Assembly: GCA_964393805.1 (NCBI GenBank)
Contig: CAYMUQ010000001.1
Span: 1-52,656 of the forward strand
Direction of reading: 5' to 3'
DNA from: an uncultured Clostridia bacterium
Lineage (GTDB): Bacteria; Bacillota; Clostridia; Christensenellales; Borkfalkiaceae
Length of the DNA stretch: 52,656 nt
The notes beneath the pieces are model-generated. The model saw nothing but the letters and a program-made list of their open reading frames with translations, was not told where the DNA came from and searched no databases. Position numbers and translations under genes: made by a program. This document shows positions 27,090-36,171 of the stretch, piece by piece; within the stretch, counting starts at the first letter, position 1, and every line of letters begins with the position of its first letter.

Positions 27090-30023
27090 TTAGCTATTAC
27101 TCTGTCTGCGCTTACCCTCTTCTATTGCGGCAAGCATACTCCTCAGTCTGATTTTTACTACGCCGAGGTTGTTTATTTCGTCTATCTTTATCTGCGTGTA
27201 CAGCTTTCCGTTCTTTTCCATAATCGTGCGCACCTCGTCGGTTGTTATCGCGTCGATGCCGCACCCGAATGAAACAAGCTGAACGAGGTTGAAGTTTTCG
27301 TGCTCGCAACAGTACTGCGCCGCTCTGTAAAGACGGGCGTGATAAGTCCACTGATTGAGAACGTTTACCTTTACCTCCTCCGCCTTGTCAAACACTGCGT
27401 CCTCGGATAAGACCGCGATATTCAAAGAGGTTAAAAGTTTATTTATTCCGTGATTGATTTCCGCGTCTAAATGATAGGGTCTGCCCGCAAGCACTATTAT
27501 CTGTTTACCCTCTTTCTGCGCTTTCTCTATTATATAATCGGCGCGTTCGCGGACGTCGGAATGGTAATAATCGAGCCGCTTAAAGCCCTCTTTCAACGCC
27601 TTTGCAATCTGCTTCTTTTTTATCTTGAAGCGAGCAAGCGCGTTATACAGAGAGTTTACCGCACTGTCGGTCGAATTAAGGTCGAGATAAGGCATTATGA
27701 AATTGTCGTCGGTCAGCCTTTCGTTGTTTGCTTTCAAAAGCTCCGAATAATATGCGACGATAGGGCAGTTATAATGATTTACCGAACAATGCTCGTCCAA
27801 ATTATAGCTTTCGCAGGGCAGGAAAATGAAGTCGACGCCCTTGTCCAAAAGGCTCTCTATATGCCCGTGCATAAGCTTGGCGGGATAACACGCGGTATCA
27901 CTTGCAACCGTGTGCTGACCGAGGAAATAGAGCTGACGCGAAGACTTATCGCTTAATACCACCTCGAACCCGAGGAACTCGAAAAAGCCCGTCCAAAGAG
28001 GAAGCTGTTCGTACATTACGAGCTGTAAAGGTATCCCCACCTTCGCTTTTGCGTTCTTTACGTCGTTTACGTAATCTAAAAGCCTGTCCTGCTTATAAGC
28101 GTAAATGTCGAGGTCGGTTGACGCGGGCTTTAATCCTGCGCCCCTCTCACACTTGTTGCCCGATATGTAGCGGCGGTTATCACCGAAGGTTATTATATTT
28201 ACACTGCAATTGGACGTACAGCCGTGACAGTTGGTGGATTTCGAAACGTAGGAAAAATCCGCAAGCTCCTTTTCGTCCATCGTAGTACTGTCGCCGCTAA
28301 TATTTTCTTTTGCGTACAGAGCCGCGCCGAACGCGCCCATAAGACCCGCAATACCGGGGCGTATTACCTTTTTACCCGTCTCCTTTTCGAACGAACGGAG
28401 CACCGCGTCGTTCAAGAACGTGCCGCCCTGCACTACTATGTTGTCGCCGAGCTCGTCCGCACTCTGCGCGCGGATAACCTTATAAATGGCATTTTTGACT
28501 ATCGATGAGGACAGTCCCGCCGAAATGTCGTCGACTGTTGCGCCCTCTTTCTGTGCCTGTTTTACCGCGCTGTTCATAAATACCGTACAGCGTGAACCGA
28601 GCTCTACGGGGTGCTTTGCATACAAGCCGCACTGCGAGAACTTGTCTATTTCCATACCCATTGCTCTCGCAAAGGTCTGAATGAACGAACCGCAACCCGA
28701 AGAACACGCTTCGTTTAACATTATCGAGTCTATCGCGCCATTCTTTATCTTAAAGCATTTAATATCCTGTCCGCCGATGTCTATAATAAAGTCGACGTCG
28801 GGGTTGAAATGGAGTGCCGCCTTGAAATGCGCGACCGTCTCGACTATGCCGAAATCGGCTTTAATTGCGGACTTTATCAAGTCCTCGCCGTAGCCCGTTA
28901 CCGCGCTTCCGAGTATTTTTATTCTGCCTTCCGAAATTTTGAAAATTTCTTTAAGACGTTCTATTACTATGTCGAGGGGTTGTCCGTTGTTGGACTGATA
29001 GTGCGAATAGAGTATGCGGCTGTCGGGAGTAATCAATATCAGTTTGGTAGTCGTTGAACCGCTGTCTATGCCGAGGTAAGCTCCGCCCTCATAGTTTTTA
29101 ATATCGCAGAACTGCAAGTCGGTTGCACGGTGGCGTGCAACGAACTCCGTGTACTCCTCTTTGCTCGCAAATAAGGGCTCGCCCGTGACTATCTCGTCAC
29201 TGCCCTTCGCCGCCTTTACGCGCTCTATTATATCTTTCAGATTTTCGGGACGAACCAAAGTCGAGTGAAGTGCCGCGCCTATTGCCATAAACGCCGGTGC
29301 ATCGTCGGGGAAAACCGCATTTTCGTCCGAGAGCTTCAAAGTAGTTTTAAACGCTTTTTTAAGCCCTTCGAGGAAATGTAAGGGACCGCCTAAGAAAAGA
29401 ACCTTGCCCTTTATTCTTCTGCCCTGCGCAAGACCCGAGACGGTCTGATCCACTACCGCCTGGAAAATCGAAGCGGAAATGTCCGCTTTGCTTGCGCCCT
29501 GATTTAATAGGGGCTGAATGTCCGACTTTGCGAACACGCCGCAACGCGAAGCTATGGAATATACCCTCTCAGCTTGCATCGAAAGCTTGTCCATTTCCTG
29601 CACGGTGACGTTTAAAAGGGTCGCCATCTGGTCGATGAAAGCGCCCGTACCGCCCGCACAGCTTCCGTTCATACGCTGTTCTGTGCCGCCCGTAACGAAG
29701 ATTATTTTCGCGTCCTCGCCGCCGAGCTCTACCGCCGCGTCAACGTCGGGATAATACTTGCGTATAGCGGTAAACGCGGCCTGAACCTCTTGAACGAAGG
29801 CAAGTCCGCTACGCTGTGAAAGTCCCAGTCCCGCACTTCCCGTAATCGAAGCAGAGTACTGCCCCGGAAACTTTGAAAGTACGTTTTCAAGCTCCGAAAG
29901 CACCGTCTCCTTGACCTGCGCGAAGTGGCGCACGTAGGATTTATATAAAATTTTTCCCTCTTCGTCTATTGCGACTACCTTGACGGTCGTCGAACCGACG
30001 TCTATTCCCAAAAGCCTTGACAT
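27090..30023 (-). CDS. Acyl-CoA dehydratase activase-related protein (two BcrA/BadF/HgdC-type ATPase modules plus a DUF2229-like C-terminal region)
   Basis: Two ASKHA phosphate-1 motifs, LLGIDVGSTTVKVV and YLGIDSGSTTTKLI. Cys-rich linker NCHGCTSNCS. The start is set to ATG 30023 (MSRLLGID...), and upstream in-frame codons run into the promoter. Confidence 0.7.
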   Translation of the reverse strand: MSRLLGIDVGSTTVKVVAIDEEGKILYKSYVRHFAQVKETVLSELENVLSKFPGQYSASITGSAGLGLSQRSGLAFVQEVQAAFTAIRKYYPDVDAAVELGGEDAKIIFVTGGTEQRMNGSCAGGTGAFIDQMATLLNVTVQEMDKLSMQAERVYSIASRCGVFAKSDIQPLLNQGASKADISASIFQAVVDQTVSGLAQGRRIKGKVLFLGGPLHFLEGLKKAFKTTLKLSDENAVFPDDAPAFMAIGAALHSTLVRPENLKDIIERVKAAKGSDEIVTGEPLFASKEEYTEFVARHRATDLQFCDIKNYEGGAYLGIDSGSTTTKLILITPDSRILYSHYQSNNGQPLDIVIERLKEIFKISEGRIKILGSAVTGYGEDLIKSAIKADFGIVETVAHFKAALHFNPDVDFIIDIGGQDIKCFKIKNGAIDSIMLNEACSSGCGSFIQTFARAMGMEIDKFSQCGLYAKHPVELGSRCTVFMNSAVKQAQKEGATVDDISAGLSSSIVKNAIYKVIRAQSADELGDNIVVQGGTFLNDAVLRSFEKETGKKVIRPGIAGLMGAFGAALYAKENISGDSTTMDEKELADFSYVSKSTNCHGCTSNCSVNIITFGDNRRYISGNKCERGAGLKPASTDLDIYAYKQDRLLDYVNDVKNAKAKVGIPLQLVMYEQLPLWTGFFEFLGFEVVLSDKSSRQLYFLGQHTVASDTACYPAKLMHGHIESLLDKGVDFIFLPCESYNLDEHCSVNHYNCPIVAYYSELLKANNERLTDDNFIMPYLDLNSTDSAVNSLYNALARFKIKKKQIAKALKEGFKRLDYYHSDVRERADYIIEKAQKEGKQIIVLAGRPYHLDAEINHGINKLLTSLNIAVLSEDAVFDKAEEVKVNVLNQWTYHARLYRAAQYCCEHENFNLVQLVSFGCGIDAITTDEVRTIMEKNGKLYTQIKIDEINNLGVVKIRLRSMLAAIEEGKRRQSNS

Positions 30024-30039
30024 TTTTTTACCTTTTAGC

Positions 30040-30068
30040 ATTATAACATGTATCAATTAATTTTTCAA
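30040..30068 (-). promoter_or_regulatory. Sigma-A-type promoter for the activase operon (TTGAAA-17-TGtTATAAT)
   Basis: -35 TTGAAA at 30068-30063, a 17-nt spacer, and TGTTATAAT (TATAAT at 30045-30040). The predicted leader is only about 10 nt (AGGTAAAAAA). Confidence 0.55.
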
Positions 30069-30103
30069 TTATATAATGCGTGTAAATTTAATGAAAATTT
30101 TGG

Positions 30104-30367
30104 CTATTTTGCCCTGCGCTCCGACAGAGTAAGGTACTTATGTCTGGTCGCCAGACCGCCCCTTATGTGGCGTTCGGACAGATTTTTGTCAAGCACCTGT
30201 CTGACCTCTTCATATAAGCCTTTGTCGATTTCCGCGAGACGCTCGGTCACGTCCTTATGTACGCTGGACTTCGAAATACCGAAGTGCTCCGCCGCGGCGC
30301 GCACGGTGCTTCCCGTGTTTACTATGTATTCGCCCTCTTCAAGTATGCGCATATGAATATCCAACAT
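30104..30367 (-). CDS. spoIIID: Sporulation transcriptional regulator SpoIIID
   Basis: 87 aa. The HTH region GEYIVNTGSTVRAAAEHFGISKSSVHKDVTERL and the downstream ERHIRGG closely parallel B. subtilis SpoIIID. RBS GGGGTG lies 5 nt upstream of ATG 30367. Confidence 0.9.
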   Translation of the reverse strand: MLDIHMRILEEGEYIVNTGSTVRAAAEHFGISKSSVHKDVTERLAEIDKGLYEEVRQVLDKNLSERHIRGGLATRHKYLTLSERRAK

Positions 30368-30387
30368 AACGTCACCCCTATGTGGAT

Positions 30388-30416
30388 AATATATGTTTAA
30401 ATTTGTCGAATTATGA
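30388..30416 (-). promoter_or_regulatory. Possible sigma-E-type (mother-cell) promoter for spoIIID
   Basis: Minus strand reads TCATAATT (30416-30409), 13 nt, then CATATATT (30395-30388). The Bacillus sigma-E consensus is roughly ATATT-14-CATACAxT. Match by eye only. Confidence 0.3.
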
Positions 30417-30432
30417 GTTGATTTGTAAGAGT

Positions 30433-30464
30433 AAAAAAGACAGGAACATTAGAATTCCTGTCTT
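30433..30464 (-). terminator. Rho-independent terminator after the metallophosphoesterase gene (end of glycan cluster)
   Basis: Minus strand reads AAGACAGGA-loop-TCCTGTCTT (9 bp) followed by TTTTTA. Confidence 0.75.
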
Positions 30465-30494
30465 AGTCGATTTTTATTTATTTGACCGCTTTGT

Positions 30495-31484
30495 TCAGTC
30501 GGCGAGAGCAACCACTCTGTTTTCTCCGTTACCTACTCTTATTAGCTTTATAGTACCTTCCGAATAGTTGACGTTTACCAGATCGAAATTGACCTTCCCG
30601 CCTTTCAGAAGATTGCACGTTCCGATTACGGGTAAATTGATCGTATTTTCCGCTATAGTGGTAAAATCTTCGTGCATATGTCCCGCAAGAATAAATCTGA
30701 CTTTACCTTGGCACTCCGAATAATCATAGTTCTTTTCTTTGAATTCGTACGTTGTACGCGTATTAAACGCCTGACAAATCTTAACCAATTCCTTGCTCAG
30801 AGTACCTACTCTTTCTCCGAGAAAATAGTACATATGAACGATGATAGCCACGTTGCCTTCGTCTTCTTTCACCTTTTCGGCAAACCATTCTATCTGCTCG
30901 ATCCATTCCTCGGTCATTTTCCAATTATCCCAGTCCGAACCGCTATCGAAAACGTAAAAGTGCGTATTTCTGCCGTTGAAGTCGTAATACGTCTTACCCT
31001 GTTCATAGCACGCCGACTGCGCTATCTCATCGGTTGTTAACCTATCAGCACCCAGATAATATTCACCTTGATAATTGGTGTCGTGGTTGCCGACTACGGG
31101 GTAGTATCTGTCAAAATTGTCGTACATATAATCGGCGGCGAATTTCAACTTTTCCTTAGCGACGTCAGCTTCCGCTTCACCGTCGTACCAATCACCGCCG
31201 CAGACTATAAAATCCAAAGGTAAGCGCTCGTAAAATCCTTTTATATATTTCAACTTCCCCTTTACGTAGTCGCGTTCTATAACGTTCTCCTTCTCCATAA
31301 GATGAGGGTCGGTAAAAAACAAAAAAGCTTCGTCAGCATCACTGTCAAGCTGACTTGCGAACTGAGAATATACAAAGGTTGCGCTATATTTATCGGAACC
31401 GCAACCGCAGACCGAAAAGCACAATGCCGCCGTAAAAATTATTGCCGCGAGCGGTTTTATAATTTTGCTGAGTTTGTTTCTCAT
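30495..31484 (-). CDS. Metallophosphoesterase lipoprotein (calcineurin-like)
   Basis: 329 aa. Signal peptide with lipobox (FSVCGC). Phosphoesterase motifs FTDPH, GGDWYD, VVGNHD and AGHMHED. Confidence 0.75.
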   Translation of the reverse strand: MRNKLSKIIKPLAAIIFTAALCFSVCGCGSDKYSATFVYSQFASQLDSDADEAFLFFTDPHLMEKENVIERDYVKGKLKYIKGFYERLPLDFIVCGGDWYDGEAEADVAKEKLKFAADYMYDNFDRYYPVVGNHDTNYQGEYYLGADRLTTDEIAQSACYEQGKTYYDFNGRNTHFYVFDSGSDWDNWKMTEEWIEQIEWFAEKVKEDEGNVAIIVHMYYFLGERVGTLSKELVKICQAFNTRTTYEFKEKNYDYSECQGKVRFILAGHMHEDFTTIAENTINLPVIGTCNLLKGGKVNFDLVNVNYSEGTIKLIRVGNGENRVVALAD

Positions 31485-31529
31485 TTTTGTTGATTTATAA
31501 AGGCGGTAATCTCCGAAACGGGTACGGGC

Positions 31530-32339
31530 TTAATTCTCAATTTTATATGATTTTATTCCGTGCGTAACCTGCTTGTCTTTCGGCGGCAACTTCATATAGT
31601 CGCCGTAAGTTTGTTTAAGATACCTCTCCCAATTTTCTATTACTGAGAAGGAATGACCCTCGAACTCCATTGAATTATAGTTTTCATAGGTGTCGGGGGG
31701 CATACGCATTTTTACCCCGAAAGAAGACCACATAACGGGTCCTACGCACTCTGCGCCGAGATAGGGGTATTTTTCTTTAAGCCTGTCCAATTTTTTAATT
31801 GCTTTGGAAACGCCGTACGTCTTTGCATATACCGAAAACAGCTTTACCGCTATCTTTTTAAGTCCTCTTTTTCTACTGCCATCGTTATAATTGTAGAGAA
31901 TTATTCTATGGTATTTATGGACCTTCTTCCAGAACTTTAAAGCCTTTTTATAGTCCGCAGGATAGCCGTCAACGGGAAAAACGTCTATCCACAAGTTATC
32001 CGTAATATCTCCCGCTTCGGATTTTAGCTTAGTATTTTTATCGACCAATTTTAAAAAAGGTATTCGTGCGTTTTTGCCCCTGTCGGAAATAAGCTCTAAA
32101 TTATCGGGCAAAACGTCTTTATTTTCGGTTACCAATTTGTAAAACTTTTCGTAGTCGGGACGGGGCATCGCCACGTCTATATCGTCATCCCAAGGAATAA
32201 ATCCTTTATGTCTTACAGCGCCCAACAGCGTTCCGCTGTCGAGAGAATAATTTATGCCGTTTGATTTACAGATCTTATCGAAAGCGATAAGAATATCCAA
32301 TTCGGCAAACTGCATCTCTCTTAAAGTTAGCTCTTTCAT
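31530..32339 (-). CDS. LicD family phosphotransferase (phosphocholine/phospho-alditol transfer to glycans)
   Basis: 269 aa. LicD core motif LDSGTLLGAVRHKGFIPWDDDIDVAMPR. 4-nt overlap with the upstream flippase gene. Confidence 0.8.
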   Translation of the reverse strand: MKELTLREMQFAELDILIAFDKICKSNGINYSLDSGTLLGAVRHKGFIPWDDDIDVAMPRPDYEKFYKLVTENKDVLPDNLELISDRGKNARIPFLKLVDKNTKLKSEAGDITDNLWIDVFPVDGYPADYKKALKFWKKVHKYHRIILYNYNDGSRKRGLKKIAVKLFSVYAKTYGVSKAIKKLDRLKEKYPYLGAECVGPVMWSSFGVKMRMPPDTYENYNSMEFEGHSFSVIENWERYLKQTYGDYMKLPPKDKQVTHGIKSYKIEN

Positions 32340-33901
32340 TGCTGACTATCCTCTCCCGATTGCTCGGTTATATTTTCTTCTAACGTTTGCTCGGTTATTA
32401 CTTCTTCCCCTGTCGACTGCTCGGTTTCGTCTTCGCTTTGAGTTCCTTCGGGCTCTGCCGAAGTAGCTTCACCCTGTGCGCTCTCAACCACCGCCACCGT
32501 CTTACGCTTTGTAAATTTATCCTTTATCATAGTTACAAACAGTTTGATTGAACGGATATTTGCCAGTAAAAACAAAGCCAAGGCACACGAAGAGACGATA
32601 TAAATATTGAAGCCTAACGCAACTAATATTGTCTGCGCCAAAACTATCGCTCCGTTCAGACAGAACTCCAAAAGTCCGATTTTGAATTTAATGAACTTTC
32701 GCGTATCAATCATTCTTAAAACCGCGATAACGACGTAGGCGGCAACAGTACCGATGACCGCGCCCCATATGTTGTACATTTTTATAAAGAAATAATTGAG
32801 TACTATATTGACGACGGCGGCTATTATCGTAGTTACCATCGAACTCAAATTGCGTTTGAATGCACCGTACAAAGAGCCGTAAAATGCCGATACTGCCGAA
32901 AACGACGCACTTGCGAGAAGCAGAGGAACGTATTGCCACGAACCCGTAAAGTCAGAACCGACGTAAATTCTCATAAAGTCTTTGATTATCAAAGTCAAAA
33001 ACACCGTCGCTCCGAACGCAAGAAATGAATATGCCCTGAATATATTGGAATAAAATTTGGGGTCGTTGGTTGATTCGTTCTCCAATATGGAAGAAACTCC
33101 CCACGCCTGGGAAAAAATCGATATAATAACGTTGATTAGCGCGGGTATCTTGGTAGCTACCGTATAAAGTCCCAGATCCGCATTGCTCACCATATATTGT
33201 ATCATTACTTTATCCGTGGAGTGTATGAGCCACCAGGATAAATCGTTGAATATGATGGGCGCCGAAAAGGCTACCATTCTTTTGACGACTTTAAAATCTA
33301 ACTTGCCTCTTTTTAAAGCTCCGATTATATTGCTTGCAAAAAAGCCTACTATAATTGCAACGCAAACGGATATTATATTTGATAAAAGATAACCTTTTAT
33401 ACCGACTTTAAATCCGACAAGTAAAGCGATATTGGATAAAGCCAAAAACAACGTCTGAATTATACTGATAGCCGCATAGAGCTTGTTTTTGCCTAAAACT
33501 TTAATATAATTCAAAATCATTGAGTTCAGAATGCTGAGCGTGACGTAAGTCGTTAAATACCATTTCCACTCTGAAAGGGGCGCATACAAACTGAATATAG
33601 GCGTTATCGCAAGACAGAGTGCCGAACCTATGCCGAAGATAAAAAATCCCGCTACTAAAACGTTTTCTTTCTGCTCGCTTTTCGAAATACCGAACCTTAA
33701 AACGGCGTTGTAAATAGTAAGCGAAAATACGGGAATAAGCAGTTGGGAGAAAGTAAATACAAGATCCGATATGCCGTAGTCCGCCTGAGTAAGATAGTTC
33801 GTGTACAGCGGCACGAGAAAAAACAAAATAAGTTTGGAGCCGAAACCGCCTATTGCGAATATTAAAGTGTCTTTCAGGAGCCTTGAGTATTTCTTATTCA
33901 T
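32336..33901 (-). CDS. Wzx-type oligosaccharide flippase (MOP superfamily) with an acidic low-complexity C-terminal tail
   Basis: 521 aa with about 12-14 TM helices. The N-terminus is typical of polysaccharide biosynthesis (PST) proteins. The last ~50 aa are E/T/Q/S-rich. Confidence 0.75.
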   Translation of the reverse strand: MNKKYSRLLKDTLIFAIGGFGSKLILFFLVPLYTNYLTQADYGISDLVFTFSQLLIPVFSLTIYNAVLRFGISKSEQKENVLVAGFFIFGIGSALCLAITPIFSLYAPLSEWKWYLTTYVTLSILNSMILNYIKVLGKNKLYAAISIIQTLFLALSNIALLVGFKVGIKGYLLSNIISVCVAIIVGFFASNIIGALKRGKLDFKVVKRMVAFSAPIIFNDLSWWLIHSTDKVMIQYMVSNADLGLYTVATKIPALINVIISIFSQAWGVSSILENESTNDPKFYSNIFRAYSFLAFGATVFLTLIIKDFMRIYVGSDFTGSWQYVPLLLASASFSAVSAFYGSLYGAFKRNLSSMVTTIIAAVVNIVLNYFFIKMYNIWGAVIGTVAAYVVIAVLRMIDTRKFIKFKIGLLEFCLNGAIVLAQTILVALGFNIYIVSSCALALFLLANIRSIKLFVTMIKDKFTKRKTVAVVESAQGEATSAEPEGTQSEDETEQSTGEEVITEQTLEENITEQSGEDSQQ

Positions 33902-35010
33902 TATATTTGACCCCAGAACTCATACGGCCAGAGATTGTTCCACTCGGGTCTCAAATAACAGGTTACTATGAAGTACACTAACAGTAAAACGCATAAAACG
34001 GCAAGCCAGTACTTCTTCGGACTGCGGTTGTTTTCATAGAATGCGTTCGGAAGCTCCGACAGGCACGGCAACGCGAAATATACGCACGCACGCGAGAACA
34101 GGTTAACCGTAAAGCTCAGACACGAGAATATCAAAAGAATAAACGCGCTGGCGTAGGTCACCCTGTCCTTTCTCGTTTTGCCGACCGAATAAACTCTGTG
34201 CAATATCAAGAATATAAAGAAATTTCTTACAAGCTCTACACTTATTCCCAGATATCCGGTTTGCGCGTATTTGCTGTTAAAGTAATTCTGATATTCGGTA
34301 ATCAGGTTGCCGAGAATACTGTTGAGGACGCCCGACACCGAAAGCACCAATACGAACGCCGCAATAAGCAGACTTATTAACAGATTGCGGGGATACAGTT
34401 TGTACAGGAAATATAATAAAGCCACGTACGCAGAAGTATGGAACTGCGCCGCAAGCATAATAAGCAGGAACGCCACGAAACCGTGCTTGTGCTTTATAAG
34501 CTGATATGCGTAAAGCACGATTATCATAGCCAGATCCTGTCTTAAAATATTGACGAAATTCGAGAAACAGAAATAAAATACGAGAACTAAGGAAATCGCC
34601 TTGTTCTTTGAAAACTTGAAAATATAAATTCCGATGCTTACGTAACAGATAGTTGCTACTATTATCAAGAAAACGTGCGGGTCGTCGGTAATATAGCTTA
34701 TAAGAAGATTGAGATACTGATAACCGAGCTCTATTACGTAGCCCGAATCGACGCCGCCGCTGTTTATTGAATTGAAATATTTTACGTAATTTGCAGTATC
34801 GTTACCGATATTTATTCCTCTGAACGCAGTAAAAAACCACATTAAAATGAGGAAAAACAGAATAAAGAGATTATAACCGTGCTCGTAACCGAATTTTGCG
34901 GACAGCAAATTACCGTAACGACCCGCATAAATGCGCCTCGTCACGGTGCGCGAAGTTGCAAATAACGCAACCGCTATCAATACCGCCACTAAAACCCAGT
35001 ATAAACCCAT
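33901..35010 (-). CDS. EpsG-family membrane protein (Wzy-like repeat-unit polymerase)
   Basis: 369 aa, polytopic and AT-rich. The N-terminal region (...GINIGNDTANYVKYF...) resembles the EpsG family. Confidence 0.6.
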   Translation of the reverse strand: MGLYWVLVAVLIAVALFATSRTVTRRIYAGRYGNLLSAKFGYEHGYNLFILFFLILMWFFTAFRGINIGNDTANYVKYFNSINSGGVDSGYVIELGYQYLNLLISYITDDPHVFLIIVATICYVSIGIYIFKFSKNKAISLVLVFYFCFSNFVNILRQDLAMIIVLYAYQLIKHKHGFVAFLLIMLAAQFHTSAYVALLYFLYKLYPRNLLISLLIAAFVLVLSVSGVLNSILGNLITEYQNYFNSKYAQTGYLGISVELVRNFFIFLILHRVYSVGKTRKDRVTYASAFILLIFSCLSFTVNLFSRACVYFALPCLSELPNAFYENNRSPKKYWLAVLCVLLLVYFIVTCYLRPEWNNLWPYEFWGQI

Positions 35011-35012
35011 AT

Positions 35013-36083
35013 TTAACCTTTGACTATCTGTTCATAGCTTGCAACGGCGTCCGCCGCAATCTTACTCCACGAAAATTTATCGGTAACAACTTTCACTGCA
35101 TTTGCGGACTTTATCTTTAATTCTTCCCTTTCCGCAAGTATTTTTTCAAATGCGCGGCACACGTCGTCCGCATTCGTATCGGCTCCCCAACCCGCGTCGC
35201 AGTCTTCGATTACGCTTCTTAAAGTCGTCCCCTCCGTCACAAGACAGGGAACGCCGTACGAAAGCGCCTCCAAAATTCCGAGGGGCATACCTTCGAAACG
35301 CGAGGTCTGTACGAAGACGTCCGCCTCCATCAGCTTTTCAATCTTTTCCTCTTTGAATATCTCGTGGTGAAGGGTTACCACTTCCCGAACGTCATTCTCT
35401 TTGACGAGCTCCTCGAGATGCGCGAACCTTCCGTTATAATCGGGTCCGTAGATATCGAGAGTTACACCGAAATCGAGAAATTTTTGTTTCGCCTTACCTA
35501 CCGCCTCTAAAAGAATATCCAACCCCTTATGGAAGGCGTCAAGTCTGCCTATATACAAAAGCTTAAGTCCGTCGGAAGAAAAATTATTTTTCCGTATCTG
35601 CGGCACTTCTACTCCGTTTGTTCCGACAAATCTCTTTTTACCGAATTTAGTCGTCGTAAGTTCTCTGTCGGAAAGACACTGTATGGCCGCCGCACCGCTT
35701 GTGAAACGGTTAAAAAATAATATATTTGCAACCAACTTTTTAAAGTGCTTTTTCTTCTGGGCTTCGCTCGAAAGTTCGCCGTGCGGTAAAATTATATACG
35801 GCACCTTTATTTTTCTTAACTGTTTTGCTATTTTGAGATACTCAAAGCGGTAACACTCGTGAAAAACGACAACGTCGGGTTTATTGAAGGGTGACGGCAA
35901 ATTTTTAATCTCGAAGTCATCACCGTAGTCGAATTGCCGTACCCCGCCGCAAAGTTTTACGTTGGTCAGATTGACGCAACCGACCGTCGCAAATTCACTC
36001 TGCGCTTTTATATGCTGAGGTACGACGACGTGCACGCCGTTACATAAATTACCCGTCGTTCTTGCAATATGCAAAATCGTCAT
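35013..36083 (-). CDS. Glycosyltransferase family 4 (GT-B fold)
   Basis: 356 aa. C-terminal E-x7-E region RFEGMPLGILEALSYGVPCLVT. Confidence 0.8.
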   Translation of the reverse strand: MTILHIARTTGNLCNGVHVVVPQHIKAQSEFATVGCVNLTNVKLCGGVRQFDYGDDFEIKNLPSPFNKPDVVVFHECYRFEYLKIAKQLRKIKVPYIILPHGELSSEAQKKKHFKKLVANILFFNRFTSGAAAIQCLSDRELTTTKFGKKRFVGTNGVEVPQIRKNNFSSDGLKLLYIGRLDAFHKGLDILLEAVGKAKQKFLDFGVTLDIYGPDYNGRFAHLEELVKENDVREVVTLHHEIFKEEKIEKLMEADVFVQTSRFEGMPLGILEALSYGVPCLVTEGTTLRSVIEDCDAGWGADTNADDVCRAFEKILAEREELKIKSANAVKVVTDKFSWSKIAADAVASYEQIVKG

Positions 36084-36171
36084 AGTTTAATTTCCTTTAA
36101 ATGCCGTAAACTCCCGAACAGATACTTATTTAAGTATCTACGAAACCGCCCCGCGCTTCGGGCTTGTCTAC

